Below, piece after piece: positions 50,293-58,592 of a DNA stretch of 64,000 nucleotides (its first letter is position 1; the number at the start of each line of letters is the position of its first letter). The stretch comes from Candidatus Hodarchaeota archaeon. GTDB taxonomy: Archaea > Asgardarchaeota > Lokiarchaeia > Sigyniarchaeales > SOKP01. The notes beneath the pieces are model-generated. The model was given only the letters and a program-made list of their open reading frames with translations. It was not told where the DNA came from and searched no databases. Position numbers and translations under genes: made by a program. Where the stretch lies: positions 1 through 64,000 of the forward strand of contig JBHLKM010000008.1 of assembly GCA_048886685.1 (NCBI GenBank), written 5' to 3'.

Positions 50293-51840
50293 ATGGCTAT
50301 TACAATGTCAAAAGTTAAAAGTGCATATAAAGAAATTGAAAATGTCATTGGAGAAGATTTTATAACTGATAAAGATTTTATGAAAGCGGCATATTCTCGG
50401 AACGTAGATCCGGCGTTTCCCGATCGATGGGCTGACATGATCGTGCGTCCTGAAACCACCGAAGAAGTGTCTGAGATTGTAAAAATTGCAAATAAATATA
50501 AAATACATATGGTTCCACGTGGGGGTGGAGCTGACCTTGTTGGGGGTTCAACTACTGAAGGTGGAATCCTTATTGATCTTACTCGAATGAATAAGATTTT
50601 GGAGATTAACGAAGATGATTACTATTACGTAGTTGAATGTGGAGTTACTTGGGGAGCATTATTATCAGAATTACATCCAAGAGGTCTAACTTCTGGAGTC
50701 ACAGGACCGGGAAGTGGATTCTCTGCTACGATTGGTGGGGGTCTATCTAATAGCACAGCTGGAGGAGGGTCAACAAAATATGGATTAGTTCCAGACGTAT
50801 GCTTAGGCGTGGAAGTGGTACTCCCTAATCCTCAAGGAACAATTATACGTACAGGATCAGCAGCTAACCAGTATGCTACACCGTTCTGTAGGTATGGCGT
50901 TGCTCCAGATTTCACAGGGCTCTTTATGGGAGATGTCGGCACCATGGGAATAAAGACGAAAGCATTTATGAGGCTTTTTCCAGATCCTCCATTTAAGGCA
51001 TCTCGGACTTATGTGTTTAACAAAAATGATTATAATAAAGTATTTGAGAAGGCTCATAAACTACGCAAAGAAGTGGGAGATGGATTACTTGGTTTAAGTG
51101 TTTTACCATATGAAATAACAATGATAATGGCAGCTCGAATGGCAGCAGAAGGAACTAAAAGGCCACGAATTAGAGGGCCTCTATTGGCGGTGTCATTGGA
51201 AGCTACAGATCAACGAATACTAGATGTATATATTGAGAAAGTTGATGATATAATGATAAAAGATGAATCTACTCGCCCTATTTCACTTGCGGAAATTGAT
51301 CCATCTAGAGCTCGACCTGATACATGGCAATATAACTTAAAAGCAAGTTTTAACTATTTTCACAATTTAATTTCTGTAGCGCCTCCGAAAGTTACCTGTA
51401 CAACATGCCACAAAGTACCAATGTCTGGGTTACCTGAATTATCAAAAAAAGCCCAACAATTTGATATTGACCATAATAAGACTTATCCTCCTGGTACTAT
51501 GGCTATTTGGGCCGGTGTTGTCGCTTTTATGCCTAATGGGAATTGTATATTTGTTGGTGGTTTTAACGCTGATAATGTTAAAGAAAAACGACAGCTCTCT
51601 ATGGATCTCTGGCATAAAAAAATAAGGTACCAAGTTCGATATGGAGGTGTTCACTACTGGCTTGGTGAATCTATCTCACAATCGATTACGGAATCAGGGG
51701 CTTTTACAGATAATTTTGAGCAATTTTTTAGAGATATGAAGAAGGCGGTTGACCCAAATTACTTGCTTTCTCCTAACAAGTTCCATTTGCATACTTATGA
51801 TTCAAAATTCGCAGATTATTATGTACCTGATAAAGAATAA
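50293..51840 (+). CDS. FAD-binding oxidoreductase (VAO/GlcD family), paralog A2
   Basis: Same motifs as 46644..48179; homologous start MSKVK at 50305. Confidence 0.9.
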   Translation: MAITMSKVKSAYKEIENVIGEDFITDKDFMKAAYSRNVDPAFPDRWADMIVRPETTEEVSEIVKIANKYKIHMVPRGGGADLVGGSTTEGGILIDLTRMNKILEINEDDYYYVVECGVTWGALLSELHPRGLTSGVTGPGSGFSATIGGGLSNSTAGGGSTKYGLVPDVCLGVEVVLPNPQGTIIRTGSAANQYATPFCRYGVAPDFTGLFMGDVGTMGIKTKAFMRLFPDPPFKASRTYVFNKNDYNKVFEKAHKLRKEVGDGLLGLSVLPYEITMIMAARMAAEGTKRPRIRGPLLAVSLEATDQRILDVYIEKVDDIMIKDESTRPISLAEIDPSRARPDTWQYNLKASFNYFHNLISVAPPKVTCTTCHKVPMSGLPELSKKAQQFDIDHNKTYPPGTMAIWAGVVAFMPNGNCIFVGGFNADNVKEKRQLSMDLWHKKIRYQVRYGGVHYWLGESISQSITESGAFTDNFEQFFRDMKKAVDPNYLLSPNKFHLHTYDSKFADYYVPDKE

Positions 51841-51946
51841 ATCTTTTTTTTCAGTTTTTTTTATTATATATTTTGAAGTAAATCAGTTATCAACTCAATT
51901 TGCTCTAATTCATTTAATGAAAGGATAGCAAATTATAGAAAGAGAT

Positions 51947-51992
51947 TTAAGAATAATTGTTAAATTTGATTCAACATTAATGGTAAATCAAT
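51947..51992 (+). promoter_or_regulatory. Duplicated promoter element, copy 1
   Basis: 38/46 identical to 53601-53646; contains the imperfect palindrome TGTTAAAT-N3-ATTCAACA after TTTAAGAA. Confidence 0.6.
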
Positions 51993-52020
51993 TAATACTC
52001 AAAATGATGAATAGATAAAA

Positions 52021-53502
52021 ATGTCAAAAGTTAAAGAAGCATATAGTGAGATTGAGAGTGTTGTTGGGGAAGATTATGTATCCGATAAAGATTTCATGAA
52101 AGCAGCCTACTCTAGAAACGTCGATCCAGCGTTTCCTGACCGTTGGGCAGATATTATAGTAAGACCAGAAACTACTGAAGAAGTATCTGAGATTGTCAAA
52201 ATTGCGAATAAATACAAATTGCGTATGGTTCCTAGAGGTGGGGGTGCTGATCTGGTCGGGGGAAGTGTTACCGAAGAGGGGATACTAATTGATATGACAC
52301 GTATGAATAAGCTTGAAGAGTTTAATAAAGATGATTACTATATTGTAGTTGGAGTTGGAATTACGTGGGGAGATTTACTTTCTCAATTGGTACCTCAGGG
52401 GTATACAACAGGGATTACTGGTCCTGGGAGTGGATACTCTGCTACTATTGGGGGAGGTCTGTCGAATAGCACAGCGGGAGGAGGGTCAACTAAATACGGT
52501 CTCGTGCCTGACATCTGCCTTGGAGTTGAGGTGGTGCTTCCCAATCCAGAAGGAACGATAATTAGAACAGGTTCAGCAGCCAACAAATATGCAAAACCTT
52601 TTTGTAGGTATGGGGTTTCACCTGATTTTACAGGTCTGTTCATGGGTGACGTGGGCACCATGGGAATTAAATGCAAAGCATATTTACGAATATTCCGCGA
52701 ACACCCCTATAAAGCTAATCGTGTTTTTCTCCTCAAAGAATATGATTATAATAAAGTTTATTTGTTAGCTAAAAAAATTAGGTATGAAATTCCTGATGGT
52801 CTGCTTGGTTTAAGTGCATTTCCACCATTTTATTTTGCCCAATTTAAAATCCCAAACGCTAAAGGTCCAGGAATTTCAGTTACGCTAGAAGCTATGGAAA
52901 TGGAGATACTTAATATGTGCATTAAAAAACTTGAAGATATCATGAAGGAAGACACAATAATGATACCTGCCGCCCCTGGCGCTAACGCTGAACCTAATTT
53001 GAAAGCGGCTTTTCACTACTTTCAACCTTTGATTTCCCCGGTCCCTGGAAGAATTGCTATGGCAACATGTCATAAAATTCCAATCTCAACTTTAGGTAAA
53101 GTTCATGATGAGAATGTCGAGTGGAATAATAGGCATGCAAAAGATATACCAGGTTCAGTTATGCCAGGAGTATTTGAGGCAACACAGTACTTCTTACCCA
53201 ACGGAAATATGGTAGTCTTAGGAGGGGTAGCAGGAGAAAATAAGGATGAAATGCGGGAGAGGAATATGAAGCTATGGCATTCAAAAATTCGAACCCAAGT
53301 TCGATATGGTGGCGCTCATTATTGGCTAGGAGAATCTATTTCACAATCCCTTACCGAATCTGGAGCGTTTACACCGGAATATGAACAATTCTTCAGGGAT
53401 ATGAAGAAAACAGTTGATCCTAATTACCTTCTTTCGCCAAATAAGTTTCATCTGCATACTTACGATTCAAAGTTCGCAGATTATTATGTAGAACCGGATT
53501 AA
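52021..53502 (+). CDS. FAD-binding oxidoreductase (VAO/GlcD family), paralog B1
   Basis: Same FAD-domain motifs; MATCHKIP; HYWLGE. Confidence 0.9.
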   Translation: MSKVKEAYSEIESVVGEDYVSDKDFMKAAYSRNVDPAFPDRWADIIVRPETTEEVSEIVKIANKYKLRMVPRGGGADLVGGSVTEEGILIDMTRMNKLEEFNKDDYYIVVGVGITWGDLLSQLVPQGYTTGITGPGSGYSATIGGGLSNSTAGGGSTKYGLVPDICLGVEVVLPNPEGTIIRTGSAANKYAKPFCRYGVSPDFTGLFMGDVGTMGIKCKAYLRIFREHPYKANRVFLLKEYDYNKVYLLAKKIRYEIPDGLLGLSAFPPFYFAQFKIPNAKGPGISVTLEAMEMEILNMCIKKLEDIMKEDTIMIPAAPGANAEPNLKAAFHYFQPLISPVPGRIAMATCHKIPISTLGKVHDENVEWNNRHAKDIPGSVMPGVFEATQYFLPNGNMVVLGGVAGENKDEMRERNMKLWHSKIRTQVRYGGAHYWLGESISQSLTESGAFTPEYEQFFRDMKKTVDPNYLLSPNKFHLHTYDSKFADYYVEPD

Positions 53503-53600
53503 AGATAAGATAAGACAAATTAAATTCTTTATTTTTCTTTTATTTTTTATTTTCAGCTAAATTTCTTTTTAAGGAAATCATAATGTAAATGGAATTTGAA

Positions 53601-53646
53601 TTAAGAATAACTATTAAATTAAATTCAACATTAAAAAGAAATCAAT
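53601..53646 (+). promoter_or_regulatory. Duplicated promoter element, copy 2
   Basis: TTAAGAATAACTATTAAATTAAATTCAACATTAAAAAGAAATCAAT, 38/46 identical to copy 1. Confidence 0.6.
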
Positions 53647-53663
53647 ACACATTAACAAAAAAA

Positions 53664-55205
53664 GTGATAAAAATTTCGAAAGTTAAAGAAGCATATAGTG
53701 AGATTGAAAATGTTGTTGGAGAAGACTATATAACTGATAAAGACTTTATGAAAGCAGCTTATTCAAGGAATGTTGATCCGGCATTCCCCGATAGATGGGC
53801 AGATATGATTGTACGGCCCGAATCTACTGAAGAAGTCTCTGAAATAGTCAAGATTGCCAATAAATATAAAATTCGAATGGTACCACGAGGTGGTGGTGCT
53901 GATCTCGTTGGAGGGTCCGTAACTGAAGGTGGGATTCTAATAGATCTTACAAGAATGAATCAAGTTATAGAATTCAATAAAGATGATTACTATATCGTAG
54001 TTGGATGTGGGATCACTTGGGGTGCCTTAATATCACACTTACACCCTACAGGTTATACTACTGGTATCATTGGTCCAGGAAGTGGGTTTTCTGCGACAAT
54101 CGGAGGTGGACTCTCTAATAGCACTGCAGGTGGGGGATCTACTAAGTACGGCCTTGTTCCTGATATTTGTTTAGGTGTTGAGGTAGTTCTTCCAAATCCT
54201 GAAGGGACTATTATAAGAACTGGATCAGCGGCAAATAAATATGCAAAACCTTTCTGTCGTTATGGGGTTTCCCCTGATTTCACTGGATTATTCATGGGAG
54301 ATGTAGGTACCATGGGAATTAAGTGTAAAGCATTCCTGCGATTGTTTCCTGATCCTCCCTACAAGCAGGCACGTATGTATGTCCTTAATAAAGAAGATTA
54401 TAACAAAGTATTTGAATTAACACATAAAATCCGGCATGAAATAAATGAGGGATTGAGAGATCTTTCTGTATTACCTGCAATTTTAATCCAAATGGCAGCT
54501 ACTCAATACCATCAACGAACTGGTGAAAGGATTAAAGCGAGGGGACCTCTAATGAATATAACAATAGAAACCATGGAGGAAAGTACATTAGAACTTAAAT
54601 TAGAGAAACTTGCAAAGATTATGGAGAATGATGCAGTTCAAGTACCTGGTTCATTGATAAATCCAGAATTTGATGATGAACCCAAATTTGGATATGATTT
54701 AGAAGGGACTTTTCATTTTTTTCAAGCATCTATTTCGCCAACACCATCTCAAATGGGAATGGCTACATGTCATAAAATTCCAATCTCACATATGGGTGAG
54801 GTATATAATAAGATCATTGATTTCAGTAAGAAACATGCTAGTGAGATGCAAGGTGCGATCTATCCTGGAATTTTTGCATCTATGCTTTATTTTCTCCCAA
54901 ATGGTAATTATGTAGTTTTAGGCCAAGCTACTGGGAAAAATGTAGAAGAAGAACGTGAAAAGAATATGGAAAGATGGCATAAAAAGATACGACATCAAGT
55001 TCGTTATGGAGGTGCTCACTACTGGCTAGGAGAGTCAATATCACAATCACTTACCGAGGCTGGAGCGTATACTCCAGAATATGAGCAATTCTTCAGAGAT
55101 ATGAAGAAAACCGTTGATCCCAACTATCTTTTAAGCCCAAATAAGTTCCATCTTCACACTTACGATTCGAAATTTAAGGATTATTATGTAGAAGAGGAGG
55201 ATTAG
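53664..55205 (+). CDS. FAD-binding oxidoreductase (VAO/GlcD family), paralog B2
   Basis: Homology to paralogs starts at ATT 53673 (I-SKVKEAY vs M-SKVKEAY); in-frame GTG at 53664; the ORF-track ATG 53589 lies upstream of the duplicated promoter. Confidence 0.88.
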   Translation: MIKISKVKEAYSEIENVVGEDYITDKDFMKAAYSRNVDPAFPDRWADMIVRPESTEEVSEIVKIANKYKIRMVPRGGGADLVGGSVTEGGILIDLTRMNQVIEFNKDDYYIVVGCGITWGALISHLHPTGYTTGIIGPGSGFSATIGGGLSNSTAGGGSTKYGLVPDICLGVEVVLPNPEGTIIRTGSAANKYAKPFCRYGVSPDFTGLFMGDVGTMGIKCKAFLRLFPDPPYKQARMYVLNKEDYNKVFELTHKIRHEINEGLRDLSVLPAILIQMAATQYHQRTGERIKARGPLMNITIETMEESTLELKLEKLAKIMENDAVQVPGSLINPEFDDEPKFGYDLEGTFHFFQASISPTPSQMGMATCHKIPISHMGEVYNKIIDFSKKHASEMQGAIYPGIFASMLYFLPNGNYVVLGQATGKNVEEEREKNMERWHKKIRHQVRYGGAHYWLGESISQSLTEAGAYTPEYEQFFRDMKKTVDPNYLLSPNKFHLHTYDSKFKDYYVEEED

Positions 55206-55216
55206 GTGAAATAAGA

Positions 55217-56422
55217 ATGACAGAGTTTGATCCAAAAGAAAAGTTTAAGCATTTGGCAAAAATTGGTCCAAATGTATTGCAATGTATTGCGTGCGGTGAT
55301 TGTAGAGAACAAACTGATTATACTGGCAATCCACCAAGATGGGGGGTATGCGTTGCCAAAGACCATACTTCTGGATTTGAACCCTATTTTGCAAGGGGGA
55401 AAATGCAGATTATTCGGTCTTTATGGCAGGGTAAATTAGAATTAAGCAAAGAAATGGCAGAAGTGATTTATCAATGTCCTACATGTAACACTTGTGCAGA
55501 AGCATGTGCGTATGATATGGATAATGTTGCATTGTATGAAGCACTAAGAGCCGAATTGGTAGATGCTGGTTGTGGTCTTGAAGTTCATATACCAATGAAT
55601 AAAGCCATGGTTGAACTGTTAAATCCTTATGAAAGAGATAATAAGCTTAAGGCCGAGTGGTTAAAAAAGCTAGATTTCAAGGTGAAGGATGCGAATACGG
55701 AACAAGCAGAAATTTTATATTTTGTTGGATGTACTGCAGCTTTAACTCCGGATATTGAGAATGTAGCAATTAATACTGCAAATATTCTTAAAAAACTAAA
55801 CATAGATTTTTCAGTATTTGGAGAACAAGAAGTTTGTTGTGGGAGCGTTGGAATGCGAACAGGAGACCTAAAAGCTTTTAATTCTGTAGCAACGAAGAAT
55901 TATGAAATGTTTAAGAAAAGTGGAGTGAAAACTATAATAACAAGCTGTGCAGGTTGTTATAGAACTTTAAAGAAAGATTATGCTGATCATATGGAAGATT
56001 TAGGAATTACTGTTTACCATACCATTGAATTCTTAAACAAATATATAAAAGAGAATAATATACAATTAAAGAATTTAGGTTTAAATACCACATATCATGA
56101 TCCATGTCATACAGGACGTCATATGGGTCTTTTCGAAGAACCACGAGAGATTTTGGGGAAGATTTCGAATTTAACTGAAATGAAGACTATAAAACAGAGC
56201 GCAAAGTGCTGCGGTGCTGGAGGAGGAGTTAAAAAGGGATTCCCAGAATTATCATTAGAGATCGCGAAAAGCAGAATAAAGGAAGCTGAGGAGACAGGAG
56301 CAGAATATTTAGTAAGTATGTGTCCTTTCTGTTTTAGGAACTTAGCAGATGCAATAGATGCAAGTGGTTCCAACCTAAAAATGGTTGATTTAACAGATTT
56401 AATAAATCAAGCTTTAGATTAA
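55217..56422 (+). CDS. (Fe-S)-binding CCG-domain protein (GlcF/HdrD-like)
   Basis: CIACGDC, CPTCNTCAEAC, VCCG, CAGC, HDPCH, CCGAGGG, CPFC; GGTGA RBS; 11 bp after paralog B2. Confidence 0.9.
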   Translation: MTEFDPKEKFKHLAKIGPNVLQCIACGDCREQTDYTGNPPRWGVCVAKDHTSGFEPYFARGKMQIIRSLWQGKLELSKEMAEVIYQCPTCNTCAEACAYDMDNVALYEALRAELVDAGCGLEVHIPMNKAMVELLNPYERDNKLKAEWLKKLDFKVKDANTEQAEILYFVGCTAALTPDIENVAINTANILKKLNIDFSVFGEQEVCCGSVGMRTGDLKAFNSVATKNYEMFKKSGVKTIITSCAGCYRTLKKDYADHMEDLGITVYHTIEFLNKYIKENNIQLKNLGLNTTYHDPCHTGRHMGLFEEPREILGKISNLTEMKTIKQSAKCCGAGGGVKKGFPELSLEIAKSRIKEAEETGAEYLVSMCPFCFRNLADAIDASGSNLKMVDLTDLINQALD

Positions 56423-56455
56423 ATCTTTTTTTTATTTTTTATATTTTTTTTATTT
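56423..56455 (+). terminator. Oligo-T archaeal terminator
   Basis: TCTTTTTTTTATTTTTTATATTTTTTT directly after the stop codon. Confidence 0.5.
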
Positions 56456-56487
56456 AGACTTAAATTAATAAATCATACAAAGGTGAA

Positions 56488-58476
56488 ATGAGAAATATGC
56501 CAAGTATATCTGATCCAATTATTATAAGAGGAATGGAAGTAAAAAACCGATTCGGTTTTGCGCCTTGCCTTACCAGTTCATCCGATGCTATGGGACGCCC
56601 TACTCAAAGAACATTTAATGCATATGAAGTAAAAGCCCGTGGAGGAGTAGGGCTAATTACCTATGAAGGTACTGGTGTTGAACCCAGGTCTATTGGTGGG
56701 GCTGGTTCGAATATTGGGAGAGTCAAAAATATCCCAGAATACCGAAAAATGACCGATATGATTCATGAATACGGAGTGAAATGTGGAGTACAGTTAGCTG
56801 AGGGGGGAATAATAACTTTTGCGTTTGCGAAAGCGATGAATCTTTACATTCAACCTTTTGCACCTTCAAAAGTGGATTTATACGATGCAACTTCAGCATA
56901 TAAGTTATTAGTCCCAAATTGGAAAGAGCAGATTGAAAAAGATAATGCTGAAGTAAAAGTAATGAGTGTGGAAGATATTCATCGGGTACAAGATATGTTT
57001 GCTGCTGCTGCGAAAAATGCCATTGAAGCGGGATTTGATTTCATTGAGATACATTCTGCTCACGGGACATTGTATCATACCTTTTTATCGCCTTTTTTTA
57101 ATAAAAGAACTGATGAATATGGGGGATCCTATGAAAACCGGTGTCGTAATGTTCTTGAGACTGTTGGTAAAATAAGGAAGAATATTGGAGATAAATATCC
57201 TATCTTTGTTAGAATTTCCGCTGATGAGCTTTTAGATGACCCTGAAACTAACCATATTAAAGACACGATAGAGATTTCTAAAATTTTGGAAAAGGGAGGA
57301 GTGGATTGTATTGATGTAACTCAGGGTGTTATTTACCGAACACCTTACGGTATTACAATTCCTACCTATATAGATCATGGAGGTTTTATTCACTATGCTG
57401 AAGCAATTAAGAAAAATGTGAATATACCCGTGATAGGTGTAGGTAGAATCAATGATCCTAAAATGGCGGATGACTTTATCCGGCAAGGTAAAGCAGATAT
57501 TATCTATTTAGCTCGTCAATTAATTTGCGATCCTGAAACCCCAAATAAATATTTTGAGAATCGGTATGATGATATAATGAAATGTATTGGATGTTTAGTA
57601 GGATGTGGAAGTGTCTGCGTATTGGATGCATATAGCGGTCAAAATTATGAAGAACTTACCCCATCAAGCGACTTAAAGAAAATTGTAGTTTTGGGTGCTG
57701 GAATTGCGGGAATGGAAGCAGCAAGAGTTGCTAAACTCCGAGGTCATGAAGTCGAAATCTATGAAAAGACTGATAAAATAGGGGGATTAATGCCCCTTCT
57801 TGCTAAAGAATACAAAAAGGACGATTTTATTTTTATCTCTAATTATTTAAAAACTCAATTGAAAAAATTAAGGGTACCTATTCATCTCAATAAAGATTTA
57901 ACAAAAGAAGAAGTAGGTAGTTTGAATCCTGATATATTAGTTTTAGCAGCGGGATCTGAGCCAACAATTCCCGTAAATTTGAAAGGTAAATCAAATGTAT
58001 TAAATCAGGATGAAGCTATTCTAAAGAGTAAGCAGATTGGTAAGAACATAGTTATTTGGGGATTAAATGGCTATTGGCATGGAGGAGCAGAAACTATTCT
58101 TACATTTATCGAAGAGGGGTATAATGTAAAAGCTTTCATGGGACCAGAACCAGTAATCGCTCAAATACTTCCTGGGGGACGAAGATTATGGATTCTTGAA
58201 TATTTGAGAGATAAAAAAATACCTATATATACAAATGCAAAATTATTGGATGTCACTGAAAGCGGTGTAAAATTTCTGGACAAAGATCAAAAAGAGGTGT
58301 TTATTGAGGCAGATAGCTTTATCTACTGTGGTGCTCGTATTTCGAAGGGTAAGAAATTACAGGAAAAATTTGAAGGAGTTGCCCCTCGAATAGAGCTCAT
58401 AGGTGATTGTAAAAGTCCTCGAGATATTCAGTCTGCTATGACAGATGCTGAGAAGTTTGCGAGAGAATTAAATTAA
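56488..58476 (+). CDS. FMN/4Fe-4S/FAD oxidoreductase (2,4-dienoyl-CoA reductase / BaiCD-like)
   Basis: OYE barrel (KNRF, HSAHG, RTDEYGGS), CIGCLVGCGSVC, GAGIAGMEAA, IGDC. Confidence 0.88.
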   Translation: MRNMPSISDPIIIRGMEVKNRFGFAPCLTSSSDAMGRPTQRTFNAYEVKARGGVGLITYEGTGVEPRSIGGAGSNIGRVKNIPEYRKMTDMIHEYGVKCGVQLAEGGIITFAFAKAMNLYIQPFAPSKVDLYDATSAYKLLVPNWKEQIEKDNAEVKVMSVEDIHRVQDMFAAAAKNAIEAGFDFIEIHSAHGTLYHTFLSPFFNKRTDEYGGSYENRCRNVLETVGKIRKNIGDKYPIFVRISADELLDDPETNHIKDTIEISKILEKGGVDCIDVTQGVIYRTPYGITIPTYIDHGGFIHYAEAIKKNVNIPVIGVGRINDPKMADDFIRQGKADIIYLARQLICDPETPNKYFENRYDDIMKCIGCLVGCGSVCVLDAYSGQNYEELTPSSDLKKIVVLGAGIAGMEAARVAKLRGHEVEIYEKTDKIGGLMPLLAKEYKKDDFIFISNYLKTQLKKLRVPIHLNKDLTKEEVGSLNPDILVLAAGSEPTIPVNLKGKSNVLNQDEAILKSKQIGKNIVIWGLNGYWHGGAETILTFIEEGYNVKAFMGPEPVIAQILPGGRRLWILEYLRDKKIPIYTNAKLLDVTESGVKFLDKDQKEVFIEADSFIYCGARISKGKKLQEKFEGVAPRIELIGDCKSPRDIQSAMTDAEKFARELN

Positions 58477-58592
58477 TTTTTTTTTTTTAAAATAAAGTTT
58501 ACAAAAGAAATATTATTAGGACATTTTATAAGATTTTATCTTAAAGAAGAAAATAATAATTAGAAAAAAACATAAATGGAGCTTGAAAAAAT

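Noticed and set aside
46644-55205. Diversity-generating retroelement or invertase shuffling behind the variable FAD paralogs
   Set aside because: No reverse transcriptase, recombinase or adenine-specific template/variable repeat pair is visible; the copies differ at many synonymous sites, consistent with older duplications.
38318-55205. Naming the FAD genes glcD, dld or agpS
   Set aside because: The diagnostic C-terminal EHGxG or HHHGVG motifs are replaced by HYW(L/M)GE, so the specific function cannot be assigned.
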